The notes: a model not told the origin generated them from the sequence alone. DNA of 64,000 nucleotides from Minisyncoccota bacterium (GCA_022841645.1 JALHRC010000005.1:2804-66803), one strand, 5' to 3'. Counted from the stretch's first letter, positions 19,231-29,835 are shown. A program made the numbers and translations.

Positions 19231-19854
19231 CTACTTAACATTCATTCCCGCAGCCGCAGCAAGGGCAATGAACTCTTCAAAGGAACCCGGCTGCGGCAGA
19301 TCATGCATCGGAAGAACCTTTCCTACCCGCTTAAATTGCTCTGCGAACGAGAGTGCTTCGGTGGGCCCAAAGGTATAGTGACCACCGACTGGTATCATAG
19401 CTACATCAACCTCGAGTGGTGACACATCAATACCCGAGGGAACGTACATGTCACCCGCAAAATAAATAGTTTCGCCGTCAGCAGAAAACAGGAAGCCGAA
19501 GTTCTCCTTTGGGTGCGCCGAGGTATTGGGGCCATGATCCACCACAAATACTTGCACTGAAATATCCCCAGTGGTGAACGTCTGCCCTGCCTGAATAGTA
19601 ACCATGTCGCCCACGAGCGTCTCCTCTCCCAGCCGCTCCTCACACTCGTGACTAAGATAGACCTGCTGTGGCGACAGTGCCCGCAGATGTTCGGGTGAAA
19701 AATGATCACCATGGAAATGGGACACGAGCGCCGCATCTACCCGAAGGCCGGCAAGCCTCTCAAGCGGGGTATAGCTACCAATATCTACCGCCAACCGAAA
19801 TCCGCTTTTCGTTTCGATAATACACCCCGACTGCTCTAGTTGTGTAATTATCAT
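19231..19854 (-). CDS. MBL-fold metallo-hydrolase
   Basis: SHFHGDH, YFAGD, PMH. Confidence 0.85.
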   Translation of the reverse strand: MIITQLEQSGCIIETKSGFRLAVDIGSYTPLERLAGLRVDAALVSHFHGDHFSPEHLRALSPQQVYLSHECEERLGEETLVGDMVTIQAGQTFTTGDISVQVFVVDHGPNTSAHPKENFGFLFSADGETIYFAGDMYVPSGIDVSPLEVDVAMIPVGGHYTFGPTEALSFAEQFKRVGKVLPMHDLPQPGSFEEFIALAAAAGMNVK

Positions 19855-19885
19855 GCGGCGATTCTATCACAAGATACGGTGCCTG

Positions 19886-20368
19886 CTACTTACCCACAAC
19901 AAGATTAAGGGCGGCTAGTGCGTAGCGATAAGTATCGGCACGCAGACGTTCGTCACTATCGCGTAGCGCATCAAGCTCCACTCGAGTCAGCCAACGACAG
20001 TCGGTACCCTTATCGGCCTCAGTCTGAGGGTTGATCACACGTGAGGATGCGTGAGCCACAAAAATAAAACTAGAGTGATCGTGAGTAACGGTGATAGGGT
20101 GACGATTTACAAACAGAGGAGGCACAAGGTCTTTATTCCCGTCAGTATCCTCACGCTGCCATCCTGCCGGCCCAATCAGCTCAATGGGCAAGCCGACTTC
20201 CTCCCAGGTCTCTCGTACAGCAGCTTCGTTTGCATCCTCGCCTGGATCGATATGTCCGCCAGGAGCGCCCCAAATATTGTATTTTTCATGAAGGCGCAAC
20301 AAGACAGCATCTCCTTCTACAACGTAGACATCAACACAAAGATCGAGGTAGTAATTGTTATGCGCCAT
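19886..20368 (-). CDS. NUDIX hydrolase
   Basis: [23 protein letters not shown]. Confidence 0.9.
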   Translation of the reverse strand: MAHNNYYLDLCVDVYVVEGDAVLLRLHEKYNIWGAPGGHIDPGEDANEAAVRETWEEVGLPIELIGPAGWQREDTDGNKDLVPPLFVNRHPITVTHDHSSFIFVAHASSRVINPQTEADKGTDCRWLTRVELDALRDSDERLRADTYRYALAALNLVVGK

Positions 20369-20373
20369 AATAT

Positions 20374-20898
20374 TTATGCTAGCGGGTACTCAATAAAAAC
20401 ATGAGGCTCACTACTGTCGTACCACTCATCAATCGTGCGTACGGCCTTGGCACCAAACGCCTCGTAAAGGCGCACATGTTCAACAGGCACATGCGCCACT
20501 ACTTTGGTGTACCCGCGTCTCATCGCTTCATCGGTAAGTGCCTTGATGACACCCGACGTATGTAAAACGCGATGTGGTGGAGCAATTGCAAACGTTTCAA
20601 TGTACAGATCGGTAGAACGCGGGGTAAATTGTTGATCGTTCTCTACCAAACTCGCATCCGTCGCAGTAGTGGGTATAGCCAAAATATAACCAACGGTTTC
20701 CTTCTGTGCGCTACGTATAACAGCCACCACGTTATCTGGATTCTGTAGTGACTCTGATAGCTCCTCCATGTCATCATCTGACACTTCCCAGTCAAACGTA
20801 CTGCGCTCAAGATTAACTATCTGCTCAACTTCCTCTGCGCTTGGGTTTTCAAGGACGCTCACTGATGGGCGACCCAGCGATTCTGGTGATTCACTCAT
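20374..20898 (-). CDS. GNAT-family acetyltransferase-like protein
   Basis: [24 protein letters not shown]. Confidence 0.65.
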   Translation of the reverse strand: MSESPESLGRPSVSVLENPSAEEVEQIVNLERSTFDWEVSDDDMEELSESLQNPDNVVAVIRSAQKETVGYILAIPTTATDASLVENDQQFTPRSTDLYIETFAIAPPHRVLHTSGVIKALTDEAMRRGYTKVVAHVPVEHVRLYEAFGAKAVRTIDEWYDSSEPHVFIEYPLA

Positions 20899-21005
20899 GG
20901 TGATATTGTTTATGACTGACTTTCGCCACTACGACCTTTACTACTTGAGCGATTAATGTGTCATTTTGTAGTAACATAAACTATAATTTGTACAAGCACT
21001 ACCCA

Positions 21006-21188
21006 TTAAGCCTTCTCCTTCCAATCTCTAATGGTAAAGGTCTGTCCACGCTTTTCTACCACCACTTTTTGATCTTTCTTCCATCCCAACTCGCGCACCT
21101 GCTCGATGGGGAGCGTTACATACATGCTCCCGCCGCCTGTTTTCGACAGCTTGCGAATATGTCGCTCTTCTTGTTTACGATTTGCCAT
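21006..21188 (-). CDS. AbrB/MazE/SpoVT-family DNA-binding protein
   Basis: GGSMYVTLPIE.VRELGWK.DQKV. Confidence 0.8.
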   Translation of the reverse strand: MANRKQEERHIRKLSKTGGGSMYVTLPIEQVRELGWKKDQKVVVEKRGQTFTIRDWKEKA

Positions 21189-21203
21189 ACCCTATTCTAT
21201 CAC

Positions 21204-21243
21204 CCGCGTACACCAATAAATACGTATTTATTGGTGTACGCGG
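21204..21243. repeat. 40-bp perfect palindrome, family copy 1
   Basis: CCGCGTACACCAATAAATAC|GTATTTATTGGTGTACGCGG. Confidence 0.95.
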
Positions 21244-21248
21244 TACTG

Positions 21249-22553
21249 TCACGGTCTTCGCGCTTTGAAAACAAGGCCACTAGGAACCTTTCTTCCTCCA
21301 TCAGGTACCCACAGGTGAGGATGTTGTGGCAGTGTCGGCCAGCGCACGTAGTGATAGTTACCGTATGACTTTATCTTTCGAGACCCATCATCGGCGCTGA
21401 TTTCCCTGGTAACAATTTTTGCTGACTGACCTCCATCGAGAAAATAGGCCCACGATACACCCAACTCTGCCATGTGCGTTGCCACCTCATGGGGTGAAAT
21501 ACCTGCACACAGTGCGGACCGTGGTAGACCATCAAACAGTCTGGTGTGCAACGTTCCTCGTCCATCCATATAAATAACATTACGAGCAATTCGATTTGTT
21601 CCAAAAGGCACATTATCGCCAAGTGAAGAATCGTGATTTATGGGATGGTCACTGGTATGCAAGAAGTGAGCAACATTGGGTCCAATACAAAATCCTGAAG
21701 TAACGCCACTAATGTCGATTCCCTGGATACTGGAAAGGGTGATCGCATCCCCGGGCGTTACGGTGCTCGGGGCCAGTACTTGTAATACACCCAACTCTTG
21801 ATAAACAGAGCTGCCTCCCCCCGGTCGGGTAGCCTTCACATATAAATCCCCTTCACTATTCTGCGCAATCACCATATCAATGACACCATTCTTAACCGGC
21901 GTAGTAACAGGCTTCATGACCCGCATCGACCCAGCCTTGTCAGATTTTTCATGCTTCACAACACCGGAAGCAGACGTATAAAGTACGGCCTCCCCATTTG
22001 TGGCTTCTGACTGAGAACCTCGCCAGGTATACCTGCTGCCGCCAATTACTACCTCACCCGCAGCAGTCACTTCCGCTACTGCAACCCCTCCTTCTACGCT
22101 ATATAAAAATGGCCTATCAGCAACTGGCAGCGAACTGATCATTCCGTTGCGTATCTCTAGTTGCAAATTATGATTACCATGTTGCTCGACCGCCATTTGA
22201 TCAGCTAACAAAAAGAAGCCGCCATTGGTCACTGCCACAACCGAGGGGTCGTTCTGGATAATTCGCTTTAGGAGCAGTGGGGTGTCGGTAGAAAACAATT
22301 CAACAGTCACCCTTTCGCTCGATGTGCGAGCGAGATCATAAAAGTTCACATACGAACCATCAGTTCCTAGCGAAAGCGAACCCATCTCAAGTTGCAGACC
22401 AGGAGCAAGATCAACGATCTCGCTCGATTGCTTTCGCTCCAAAGCACTTCTGGTATGCAAAAGTGTCTCCAGGGGAGGAACATCTATACCATTCTCTTCC
22501 GCAAAGCGCCGGCGCCGTTCCTCATTGAACCGTTTATACATCTCATGCGCCAT
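21249..22553 (-). CDS. Phosphodiester glycosidase (NAGPA-like) family protein
   Basis: NGGFF and LDGGQS motifs, R.VP near C-terminus. Confidence 0.65.
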   Translation of the reverse strand: MAHEMYKRFNEERRRRFAEENGIDVPPLETLLHTRSALERKQSSEIVDLAPGLQLEMGSLSLGTDGSYVNFYDLARTSSERVTVELFSTDTPLLLKRIIQNDPSVVAVTNGGFFLLADQMAVEQHGNHNLQLEIRNGMISSLPVADRPFLYSVEGGVAVAEVTAAGEVVIGGSRYTWRGSQSEATNGEAVLYTSASGVVKHEKSDKAGSMRVMKPVTTPVKNGVIDMVIAQNSEGDLYVKATRPGGGSSVYQELGVLQVLAPSTVTPGDAITLSSIQGIDISGVTSGFCIGPNVAHFLHTSDHPINHDSSLGDNVPFGTNRIARNVIYMDGRGTLHTRLFDGLPRSALCAGISPHEVATHMAELGVSWAYFLDGGQSAKIVTREISADDGSRKIKSYGNYHYVRWPTLPQHPHLWVPDGGRKVPSGLVFKARRP

Positions 22554-23175
22554 GATGTCCTTTTGTGAGTGCACTAATAACTGCGTCCTGCTGTAGTAAG
22601 TAGCGGACTGGATACGTGATATTTTTTGGGAGTGCTGACAGAGAATACCAAGCGAACCGACTCCCTTCTTCATCGAGCATAACCGATGGATCAGTAATAG
22701 TAGCGTGATAGAGATGCCAGGTGTGAATATCTGCTCCGCCCATGCACTCGTCACCCTCAATTGTTCCCTCAAAAATTAACCGCGCATCGTCTAATAGAAT
22801 ACCTACTTCTTCAAAAGCTTCTCGCAGTGCTGCTTGTTTTGGCTTCTCAGATGGTGTCATGTGTCCACCAGGGATGGTCCACAGAAAAGGATATTTGGTG
22901 CGCAAAAAGAAGAGCAACTCGCCTCGGCCATTTTCAATAATAATTCCAGCCCCTTCGTGTACCAAATTGTCACACGTATCAAAATACTGAATCATGTGAG
23001 GATCCCAGATATTTACTCGATCAGCTATGTGGTGGCAGGCCTTGCAATAAAATTGTACCCGTGGACCATCTACAGTATCCACCGTCAACTTCTCAACTGA
23101 CGCGGCGCCGCACTGGAAACAATACTTGGTGTGAACATTAGGAAGTGTGGCAGGAAAATTAGCTCGTTTAGCCAT
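22543..23175 (-). CDS. NUDIX hydrolase with N-terminal Zn ribbon
   Basis: CFQC...CKAC; GGHMTPSEKPKQAALREAFEEVG. Confidence 0.85.
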   Translation of the reverse strand: MAKRANFPATLPNVHTKYCFQCGAASVEKLTVDTVDGPRVQFYCKACHHIADRVNIWDPHMIQYFDTCDNLVHEGAGIIIENGRGELLFFLRTKYPFLWTIPGGHMTPSEKPKQAALREAFEEVGILLDDARLIFEGTIEGDECMGGADIHTWHLYHATITDPSVMLDEEGSRFAWYSLSALPKNITYPVRYLLQQDAVISALTKGHHGA

Positions 23176-23192
23176 ATCCCATTCTACCACCG

Positions 23193-23228
23193 ACGTACAC
23201 CAATAAATACGTATTTATTGGTGTACGT
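23193..23228. repeat. 36-bp perfect palindrome, family copy 2
   Basis: ACGTACACCAATAAATAC|GTATTTATTGGTGTACGT. Confidence 0.95.
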
Positions 23229-23241
23229 GGATGGACGGTGC

Positions 23242-23492
23242 TCACCGGCTCTTTCGGCCAATAATTTGCAGCCAGTTAGTCGCATTTGATCCTTTGTTAC
23301 CTTCCCAGATAATTTCGAGCTCAAGTTTTAGAAAATGGGACCGGAGCTCCTCCAGCGTAAAGTAACTAAAGAAACGCTCGTACTCATATCCGTAATCATT
23401 CTCGACCCTTACCTCTTCGGCCACCAGGTGTCGGCATTGTGGTCCCGCACCCAATCCTCGGCGATGCGGTCGTAGGTAGCTTTCAAATCCAT
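23242..23492 (-). pseudogene. Class I SAM methyltransferase remnant with internal deletion
   Basis: N-terminus MDLKATYDRIAEDW joined out of frame to C-terminus ERFFSYFTLEEL...NWLQIIGRK; SAM-binding core absent. Confidence 0.55.
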
Positions 23493-23809
23493 GAGTCCAG
23501 TATAGCAATGCGGTGAAGTCGAACCAAACCGCCAGCTTGGCACACAAAAAGCATCCTGCAGGATGCTTTTTGTTAGTTCATGAGTTGTCAGCCTTGAGTG
23601 TTCTACTCGCTCTTCGATTTCTCTACTTTTTAACTTCGGCGGCTGGAGCGGGATGAGTACTTGGTGCTGGGGTAGCTGGAGTCGTTGCGACTTTTTTCTC
23701 GTCAGACATAACAATGTATGTTAGCTACTAAGCCGCGGCTAGACCATTATACTCCCGAAAATCATAATCACCTAACCTCTATTTTTCTGCAACTACTCAA
23801 ACGGCCGAC

Positions 23810-24259
23810 CTAAAGAAAGAAGCTCGCCATCAGAGCAACGAGCATGAGAATCACGAGGTGAGAAAAAATATCAGAGAAGAATTTTTTCCACACAATCGTG
23901 CGATCACAATTACTCCACAGGAGTGCCGAACCAACGACTGGCACCATAAAACACAACCAGTTAAGCGCCACAAAACCTGCCGCCACCCCAAATGGCACAC
24001 CATTTTGCATACTGGTCTGCACAATAAACACCACCGCCACTGCGGTAATGAGCGAGAGTACAAACTGACCTGCGTACAGCTTCCACATGGTTGGCTTGGC
24101 CTCGGCAATTTTTCGCTGCTGTTCCTCGGGTGTGAGCTTATCAAAACCAAGATACTGCATATGCAGTCTTCCCATCGGCGTGCCTGGACTGTACCAGATC
24201 GTACCGACTACCGCAGCAATCACGGCGCCGCCGAGGGCGAGCAAAATAATAGTGATCAT
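23810..24259 (-). CDS. DUF1761-like membrane protein
   Basis: VGTIWYSP motif, four TM helices. Confidence 0.7.
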   Translation of the reverse strand: MITIILLALGGAVIAAVVGTIWYSPGTPMGRLHMQYLGFDKLTPEEQQRKIAEAKPTMWKLYAGQFVLSLITAVAVVFIVQTSMQNGVPFGVAAGFVALNWLCFMVPVVGSALLWSNCDRTIVWKKFFSDIFSHLVILMLVALMASFFL

Positions 24260-24362
24260 AAGCTACAAAAAGGTTAGATAAAATGAGAACTCAAGAGTAA
24301 TCATACCTCCACGTATCTGTTGTGCAGGTCGCTGGGCTGTGACTATGTGGCTTCTGAGGGGT

Positions 24363-24689
24363 CTAGCGCAGCTTAACGGCAGTACCGTAGACCAGTATCT
24401 CTGCCCCACCGGTAAGGACTTGCGCCGTAGAATAGCGCAGACACACCACCGCATCGGCGCCCAGTGCGCGAGCTTCCGTCAGCATACGCTCAGTAGCCTC
24501 TTCACGGGCCGCATTAAACGCCACCACATACCCTTTTACTTCTCCGCCGACGAGCGAGCGTAGGGCGGCCATGATGTCGCTACCAATATGGCGGGTTCTG
24601 ATGGTACTGCCCTTGACGAGTCCCACTACCTGCGCAATCTCGCGCCCAGCGATAGTCTCGGTCGTCACCATAAAAATGTCGCTTTTCAT
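24363..24689 (-). CDS. YbjQ/UPF0145 family protein
   Basis: TTETIAG, LRSLVGGEVKGY, LGADAVV, YGTAV. Confidence 0.9.
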   Translation of the reverse strand: MKSDIFMVTTETIAGREIAQVVGLVKGSTIRTRHIGSDIMAALRSLVGGEVKGYVVAFNAAREEATERMLTEARALGADAVVCLRYSTAQVLTGGAEILVYGTAVKLR

Positions 24690-24786
24690 ACGCTCAGTAT
24701 ACCAAATTTGACCTCCCTCTTCCAAAAATAAAACTCGTCTCTATATTTCAAAAAAGCACCGCTGGTGCTTGCTATACTGGCAGTAC

Positions 24787-25296
24787 ATGACCAGCCACCA
24801 CCCTGCCTGGCGACTTATCGGCGTCACTCTCGCATCCGGCTACAGCCTCTACTACGCCAGCACAGCAACGGCGTGGCATTTTATTGACTACACCAATCTA
24901 ATTTTCCACGAAGCCGGACATGCCCTCTTCATGTTCTTTGGGGAATTTATCCAGATCGCCATGGGATCGGGGCTCCAGGTGCTCCTACCTCTCTCGATCG
25001 CTACGTATTTTTTCACGAAGGACCAACCCATTTCTGGCGCAATTTGTCTTATGTGGACCGGCATCAATTGTATAAATGTGTCAATCTACGCCGGCGACGC
25101 TTCCACTCTTGCGCTGCCGCTCCTCGGTGGCGAAGCAGTCATACACGACTGGAATTACCTACTGGGGGCGCTCGGCCTCCTCCACCGCACTTCCGAGGTG
25201 GCGGCAGTGCTTTATAGCCTCGGCATCATAGCCATCATCGCCGGCATCGGACTCTCCTATCACTTTGCACTTCAACAGTATGAGAGAACTATTTAA
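24787..25296 (+). CDS. Membrane Zn-peptidase-like protein (M50-related)
   Basis: HEAGH in TM context, HDWN. Confidence 0.65.
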   Translation: MTSHHPAWRLIGVTLASGYSLYYASTATAWHFIDYTNLIFHEAGHALFMFFGEFIQIAMGSGLQVLLPLSIATYFFTKDQPISGAICLMWTGINCINVSIYAGDASTLALPLLGGEAVIHDWNYLLGALGLLHRTSEVAAVLYSLGIIAIIAGIGLSYHFALQQYERTI

Positions 25297-25382
25297 CAGT
25301 GCGGTCACGTCGTCCACCAGAACTATCCAAGTCAAGACCCCAAGCGAAATACCGACCCTCTCCGCTGCGTACAATGATTAGT

Positions 25383-26510
25383 ATGCCCAAAGCACTATTA
25401 GTGATCGTACTAGCACTTGTGTTGGTCTGCGGTGGAGCACTCTTCTTGCTCAATAAATTTGTTTTTCAGCGCTTCACTGATATACCAGTGCAAGTGTTCA
25501 CCCAAAATGTCAGCCCCGCCGCAGAACACGACGACGCGCCACCCCTTACTACCTACGTACGCGACAGGCGTGTCATCTGGGCAATTGACTTTTTACCAGA
25601 TGGCCGGATGATCTTTACCGAGCGTGCAGGTACCGTAAGTGTCGTCGAGACAAACGGTGAAGTAAACGAAGTAGCCAGTGTTCACGTACACACTACTAGC
25701 GAAAGTGGCCTTCACGGCATCGCGGTGGATCCAAAATTTTCCGAGAATCGTTTCGTCTATCTCTATTACACCTATCGCAGTGACGACATGGGTACCCAGA
25801 ACCGCGTCTCACGTTATGTCCTTGAAGATACGGGCCTTGCCGGTGAGACAATCATCGTCGACAACATCCCTGGCGCTTCTACCCACGACGGCGGACGACT
25901 GAAGTTTGGTCCCGACGGGTTTCTCTATATCACCACCGGAGATGCGCAGGCACCCTCACTATCACAAGACCAAGCGTCTTTGGCGGGCAAAATCCTGCGA
26001 GTGACGAGAGACGGCGCAGCCGCGCCAGGAAATCCGTTTAATACTCGCATCTATTCCTTCGGCCACCGCAACCCGCAGGGCATTGCCTGGGACAACGACG
26101 GTAAACTGTGGGCCACCGAGCATGGACCTTCGGCACGTGACGAACTTAATCTCATTGAAGCCGGTGGTAATTACGGCTGGCCAGAGCTTACGGGCACCGA
26201 CACGAAAGACGGCTTCCAGTCTCCGATCATTCAATCGGGTGCCGGCACCTGGGCCCCGGGAGGACTAGCGTTTGCGGAGGATGCCATCTTTTTTAGTGGC
26301 CTGCGTGGTAGCGCTCTCTACGAATACAACCACGCTACCGGCGAGCTCACGGAACACCTCAAAGATAATCTCGGAAGAATTCGCGACGTCGTACTTGGAC
26401 CCGACGGCTCTCTGTACATCGCCACCAGTAATCACGACGGACGTGGCGTACCCACGCGTGATGATGACCGAATTTTAAGGATTAATCTTCAAAAACTCGA
26501 CGAACTTTGA
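25383..26510 (+). CDS. PQQ-dependent sugar dehydrogenase (GSDH family), membrane anchored
   Basis: HDGGRLKFGPDG, GHRNPQG, GGNYGWP, GRIRDV. Confidence 0.9.
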   Translation: MPKALLVIVLALVLVCGGALFLLNKFVFQRFTDIPVQVFTQNVSPAAEHDDAPPLTTYVRDRRVIWAIDFLPDGRMIFTERAGTVSVVETNGEVNEVASVHVHTTSESGLHGIAVDPKFSENRFVYLYYTYRSDDMGTQNRVSRYVLEDTGLAGETIIVDNIPGASTHDGGRLKFGPDGFLYITTGDAQAPSLSQDQASLAGKILRVTRDGAAAPGNPFNTRIYSFGHRNPQGIAWDNDGKLWATEHGPSARDELNLIEAGGNYGWPELTGTDTKDGFQSPIIQSGAGTWAPGGLAFAEDAIFFSGLRGSALYEYNHATGELTEHLKDNLGRIRDVVLGPDGSLYIATSNHDGRGVPTRDDDRILRINLQKLDEL

Positions 26511-26571
26511 TTGGGTCTAATTTTCACTACACTTACCAAGACCCATCACTGGATCTTTCACTGCACATGTT

Positions 26572-27624
26572 CTAGTTTTTTGACAGTTCATTCTGATACC
26601 GCTCACCAAACATTACCCAAAGGGAAAGGAAAAAAGCGGCGATGATGGGACCGATCACAAAACCCGAAATTCCAAACGTAGCGAGTCCACCCACCGTGGC
26701 AAGCAGGGTGATACTGTCAGGCATTTTTGATCCCCGCCCAACCAGAATCGGTCGCAGAAACTCGTCCACCAGACTCACGAGTAATACGCCCACGACTAAT
26801 ATACTGACACCCTCCCACACCGAGCCCGTAGCAAGCAGTATGACACTGGCCGGAAACCAGATAACTGCTGGGCCGACTGCGGGAATGATCGACAGTAATG
26901 CCATCGCGACTCCCCACAGTACCGGGCTCGACACACCCACCGCCCAAAAGGTGAGGCCGCCCAATAGCCCCTGCAGAGCGGCGATGGCAACGGTTCCTTT
27001 CATAACGGCCCGAGAGGTCTCGGAAAAACGCGAAAACAGGCGCCGTTCGTATGTATCACCAATCGGTAGATAGCGCACCAGTGTCTCTTGCAACTTTTCT
27101 GCGTCACGGAAAAAGAAAAACAGAAGGTACAGCATGATGGAAATCGCGATAAGAAGCGAGAAGGTCTGCTGACCAATCGCCAAAAGTGATGAGGCAAGTG
27201 CCTGTGAGGCGCCCGCCACCCCTTCCCGGAGTCGAGTGACTACTGCTTCCTGTGATATACCATAGGGCTCTAGATACGTGACAAATTGCCCCGCTTGATC
27301 GAGTAAACTAAATCCTTCGATCCCGCCCGCTCCTTCGGTCAGGTTTTGGTAAAGTCCTAGCGATTCCCGCACCACGAGCCCACCGACGATAATAAGTGGC
27401 ACTACCACTGTTAACACCACCGCTACAATGGCTACGATTGACGCTAGTGAAGCGCGACCGCGCAGCAACCGATTAATTTTGAGATAGAGCGGATAAAAAA
27501 CAATGGCGATAACAATAGCCCAGAATACTGGCAATAAGTACGAACCAATCACCCAGAAAAAAGTGGAGGTGGTGGCAATGAGTAAACTGAAAAAGAAGAA
27601 CTGCTGGATATAAGCAAACTTCAT
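26572..27624 (-). CDS. AI-2E family transporter
   Basis: Multi-TM; LRPILVG, GGLATFGISGFVIGP. Confidence 0.88.
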   Translation of the reverse strand: MKFAYIQQFFFFSLLIATTSTFFWVIGSYLLPVFWAIVIAIVFYPLYLKINRLLRGRASLASIVAIVAVVLTVVVPLIIVGGLVVRESLGLYQNLTEGAGGIEGFSLLDQAGQFVTYLEPYGISQEAVVTRLREGVAGASQALASSLLAIGQQTFSLLIAISIMLYLLFFFFRDAEKLQETLVRYLPIGDTYERRLFSRFSETSRAVMKGTVAIAALQGLLGGLTFWAVGVSSPVLWGVAMALLSIIPAVGPAVIWFPASVILLATGSVWEGVSILVVGVLLVSLVDEFLRPILVGRGSKMPDSITLLATVGGLATFGISGFVIGPIIAAFFLSLWVMFGERYQNELSKN

Positions 27625-27750
27625 AGGGAGTAAATTATGTAGTGAACTACGGGTAGTAATCGTTACCGTATAGTATATCCCTTAAGGGTCACTGGGTGAC
27701 CAACCTGGCCAGACCGTAGACACCGAGAGGGTTCTCTCGTCCAAGTGCGT

Positions 27751-27936
27751 CTAACACACCTTCCCCCGACCCGAGCCACCTGGCTTTTTGCCACCGCCAT
27801 CCTGTTTGTTTACCGTAGCCCAGGCTCTGGCTTCTGCCTCATCTTCGGGCATGCCCTTTTTTAGGTACCCCTTTTCAATATGAGAGGCCTGACGCTTTTG
27901 CTTGTCGGTGTACTTTGATTTATTCCCCTGTGTCAT
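27751..27936 (-). CDS. Small conserved basic protein (KYTDKQKRQA family)
   Basis: KSKYTDKQKRQASHIEKGY...EAEARAWATVNK..GGG. Confidence 0.75.
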   Translation of the reverse strand: MTQGNKSKYTDKQKRQASHIEKGYLKKGMPEDEAEARAWATVNKQDGGGKKPGGSGRGKVC

Positions 27937-27979
27937 AAACGATGCGTACTCCTAACTGGCACATAATGCCACCCTCCAA

Positions 27980-28072
27980 TTACCGAAAGAACAGGAAGTA
28001 AATGATCGCAGCCAGGATAAGTCCGCCGCCAAAGAAAGAGGCAATTCCATATGAAGCAATGAGTTCAATCAT
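27980..28072 (-). CDS. Small membrane peptide (30 aa)
   Basis: MIELIASYGIASFFGGGLILAAIIYFLFFR, upstream of previous gene. Confidence 0.5.
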   Translation of the reverse strand: MIELIASYGIASFFGGGLILAAIIYFLFFR

Positions 28073-28257
28073 ACGTTGTGATATTTACTAGGTAACTACC
28101 TCCTAAGTATACCAAATGAGCGAATTCAGTAAATAATATTTAATAACAAATATCTGATGCATAGGCTCCACGACTCCCTGAATCGCACTCTGGTGAGCAG
28201 GGTGGGCACACAGAGGAAATTATGCGCTATACTGTACCCATAAAATAATGTATCACT

Positions 28258-28641
28258 ATGCACCAAGGAAACTGGAAATGTAGTAGCTGCGGCGGAGCCA
28301 TCACTGAATTGCCGTTTATGCCCCGAAGCGAGTCCGGCCTTACCTGCCGTACCTGCTACGCCAAGAAAAAAGGCGGCGGCACTGCAGGTGCTGCACCTGC
28401 TTTTACCAGCAACAGTAGTGCCGAAGCGCCCGACATTCCTTTCGACGCTCCTCTAGCGAACGAACCCCACGGCACTGACGACCTTGGAATGGGTGAGGTA
28501 CCCGTAAGCTCAGAGCGACCAAAGGTAGCGGGTAATTGGCGTTGTGCTGGGTGTGGCGCCACTATCACCTCCCTTCCCTTTACTCCGCGCGACACGAGTA
28601 ACTTGAAGTGCCTCGATTGTTACAAGCGCAGTAAGGCTTAG
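28258..28641 (+). CDS. Tandem CxxC-x17-CxxC zinc-finger protein
   Basis: Two repeats GNW.C..CG..IT.LPF.PR....L.C..CY. Confidence 0.85.
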   Translation: MHQGNWKCSSCGGAITELPFMPRSESGLTCRTCYAKKKGGGTAGAAPAFTSNSSAEAPDIPFDAPLANEPHGTDDLGMGEVPVSSERPKVAGNWRCAGCGATITSLPFTPRDTSNLKCLDCYKRSKA

Positions 28642-28651
28642 TGAGCCCCGC

Positions 28652-28690
28652 GCAACAAAAAACTTCCGCCGGGCGGAAGTTTTTTGTTGC
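28652..28690. terminator. Bidirectional intrinsic terminator
   Basis: GCAACAAAAAACTTCCGCC/GGCGGAAGTTTTTTGTTGC between convergent genes. Confidence 0.75.
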
Positions 28691-28800
28691 CTCTGTTTGT
28701 ACGTGGAAGAAATAGTAAAAACATCCGCCACGCTATCCACGCCGCAGAGCGGACGTGGCATTCTGGACCGACTAGTAAACCTACAAACACGGCGACCGCT

Positions 28801-29835
28801 TTAAAACTGAGCCACAATCTTCTTATTCTGTGCATCAATACGCACCTGTTGTCCGTACGGCATGGGGATTTGTGGGTCAGTGTGGCCAAAGTTCATATTC
28901 TGAACAATGGGAATATGTTGGTTGTATAAGCGCACAGCATGCACGACAGCCTCTTGCTGCTGCTTTCGGTAAGCCTCTTTCTGTTCTGTGGTATGAGGCT
29001 TATCAAATTCCCACGCTTTTGCTCGACCAACGAGCACGCCCTGCACACGCCCAAGAGTTCCCCGCTCACCAAAAGCGCGCAGTACACGGAACACATAGTC
29101 GGCTGAAGGGATCTCTTCAGACGTCTCAAGTAGTAGAACAATCTTCTCAAATTGCTCGAGGGTGGGGATCGGCACACCATGGCGTAACATTTCATCAACT
29201 GACTCGACACAGCCACCCCACAGCACCCCTTCTCCGGCGTGCTCCCCATTCCAAATATGACCTTCGTTCGACCAATGTGGCCGCTTTGCTTTTAGAAGCT
29301 CGATATTGCCCCAATCAAGGCCCTGGTCGTTATAGGTTTCTGAGGCAGTTAATTCAAACTCCCCCTCCTCAAAGAGGGCCCGTTTGAGATAATCGACAGT
29401 GTACGTATCCATTTCGCCCTGCATGGCGTACTGCGTAAATAGGGATCCGCCATAATACGAGGGAATACCATTTAAAAACAGGAAGTTACAGAGGTGCGAA
29501 TTATCACTGTAGCCAAAGAATGGCTTGGGGTTCGCAACAAACGGGTCGGCAGATAGATTCTTAACATACGTCACTTGGTCATCACCACCAATACTGGCAA
29601 TCACCGCTTTAATATTCGGATCAGAAAAGGCAGCCACTAAGTCGGTCGTGCGCTCGGCGGCCGAAGCGCCAATTTTCGCTGTCGTCGGATACTCTACCGG
29701 CACCAGACCAAAGACGGTGGTAAGTCTCTCAAGTCCGAGTTTATACACTTCCGGAAAGCGTCCCGGTGCAGCAAAACTCGGTGACACAATTGCCACCGCA
29801 TCTCCCTTCACTAACTTTGGTAGTTTCTTTAACAT
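28801..29835 (-). CDS. S66 peptidase (LD-carboxypeptidase/MccF-like)
   Basis: IGGDD, GYSDN, LETSEE, FGHTDP. Confidence 0.9.
   Translation of the reverse strand: MLKKLPKLVKGDAVAIVSPSFAAPGRFPEVYKLGLERLTTVFGLVPVEYPTTAKIGASAAERTTDLVAAFSDPNIKAVIASIGGDDQVTYVKNLSADPFVANPKPFFGYSDNSHLCNFLFLNGIPSYYGGSLFTQYAMQGEMDTYTVDYLKRALFEEGEFELTASETYNDQGLDWGNIELLKAKRPHWSNEGHIWNGEHAGEGVLWGGCVESVDEMLRHGVPIPTLEQFEKIVLLLETSEEIPSADYVFRVLRAFGERGTLGRVQGVLVGRAKAWEFDKPHTTEQKEAYRKQQQEAVVHAVRLYNQHIPIVQNMNFGHTDPQIPMPYGQQVRIDAQNKKIVAQF

Noticed and set aside
22554-22772. Extended start of the NAGPA-like ORF
   Set aside because: Overlaps the upstream NUDIX gene; ATG 22553 gives a normal short overlap
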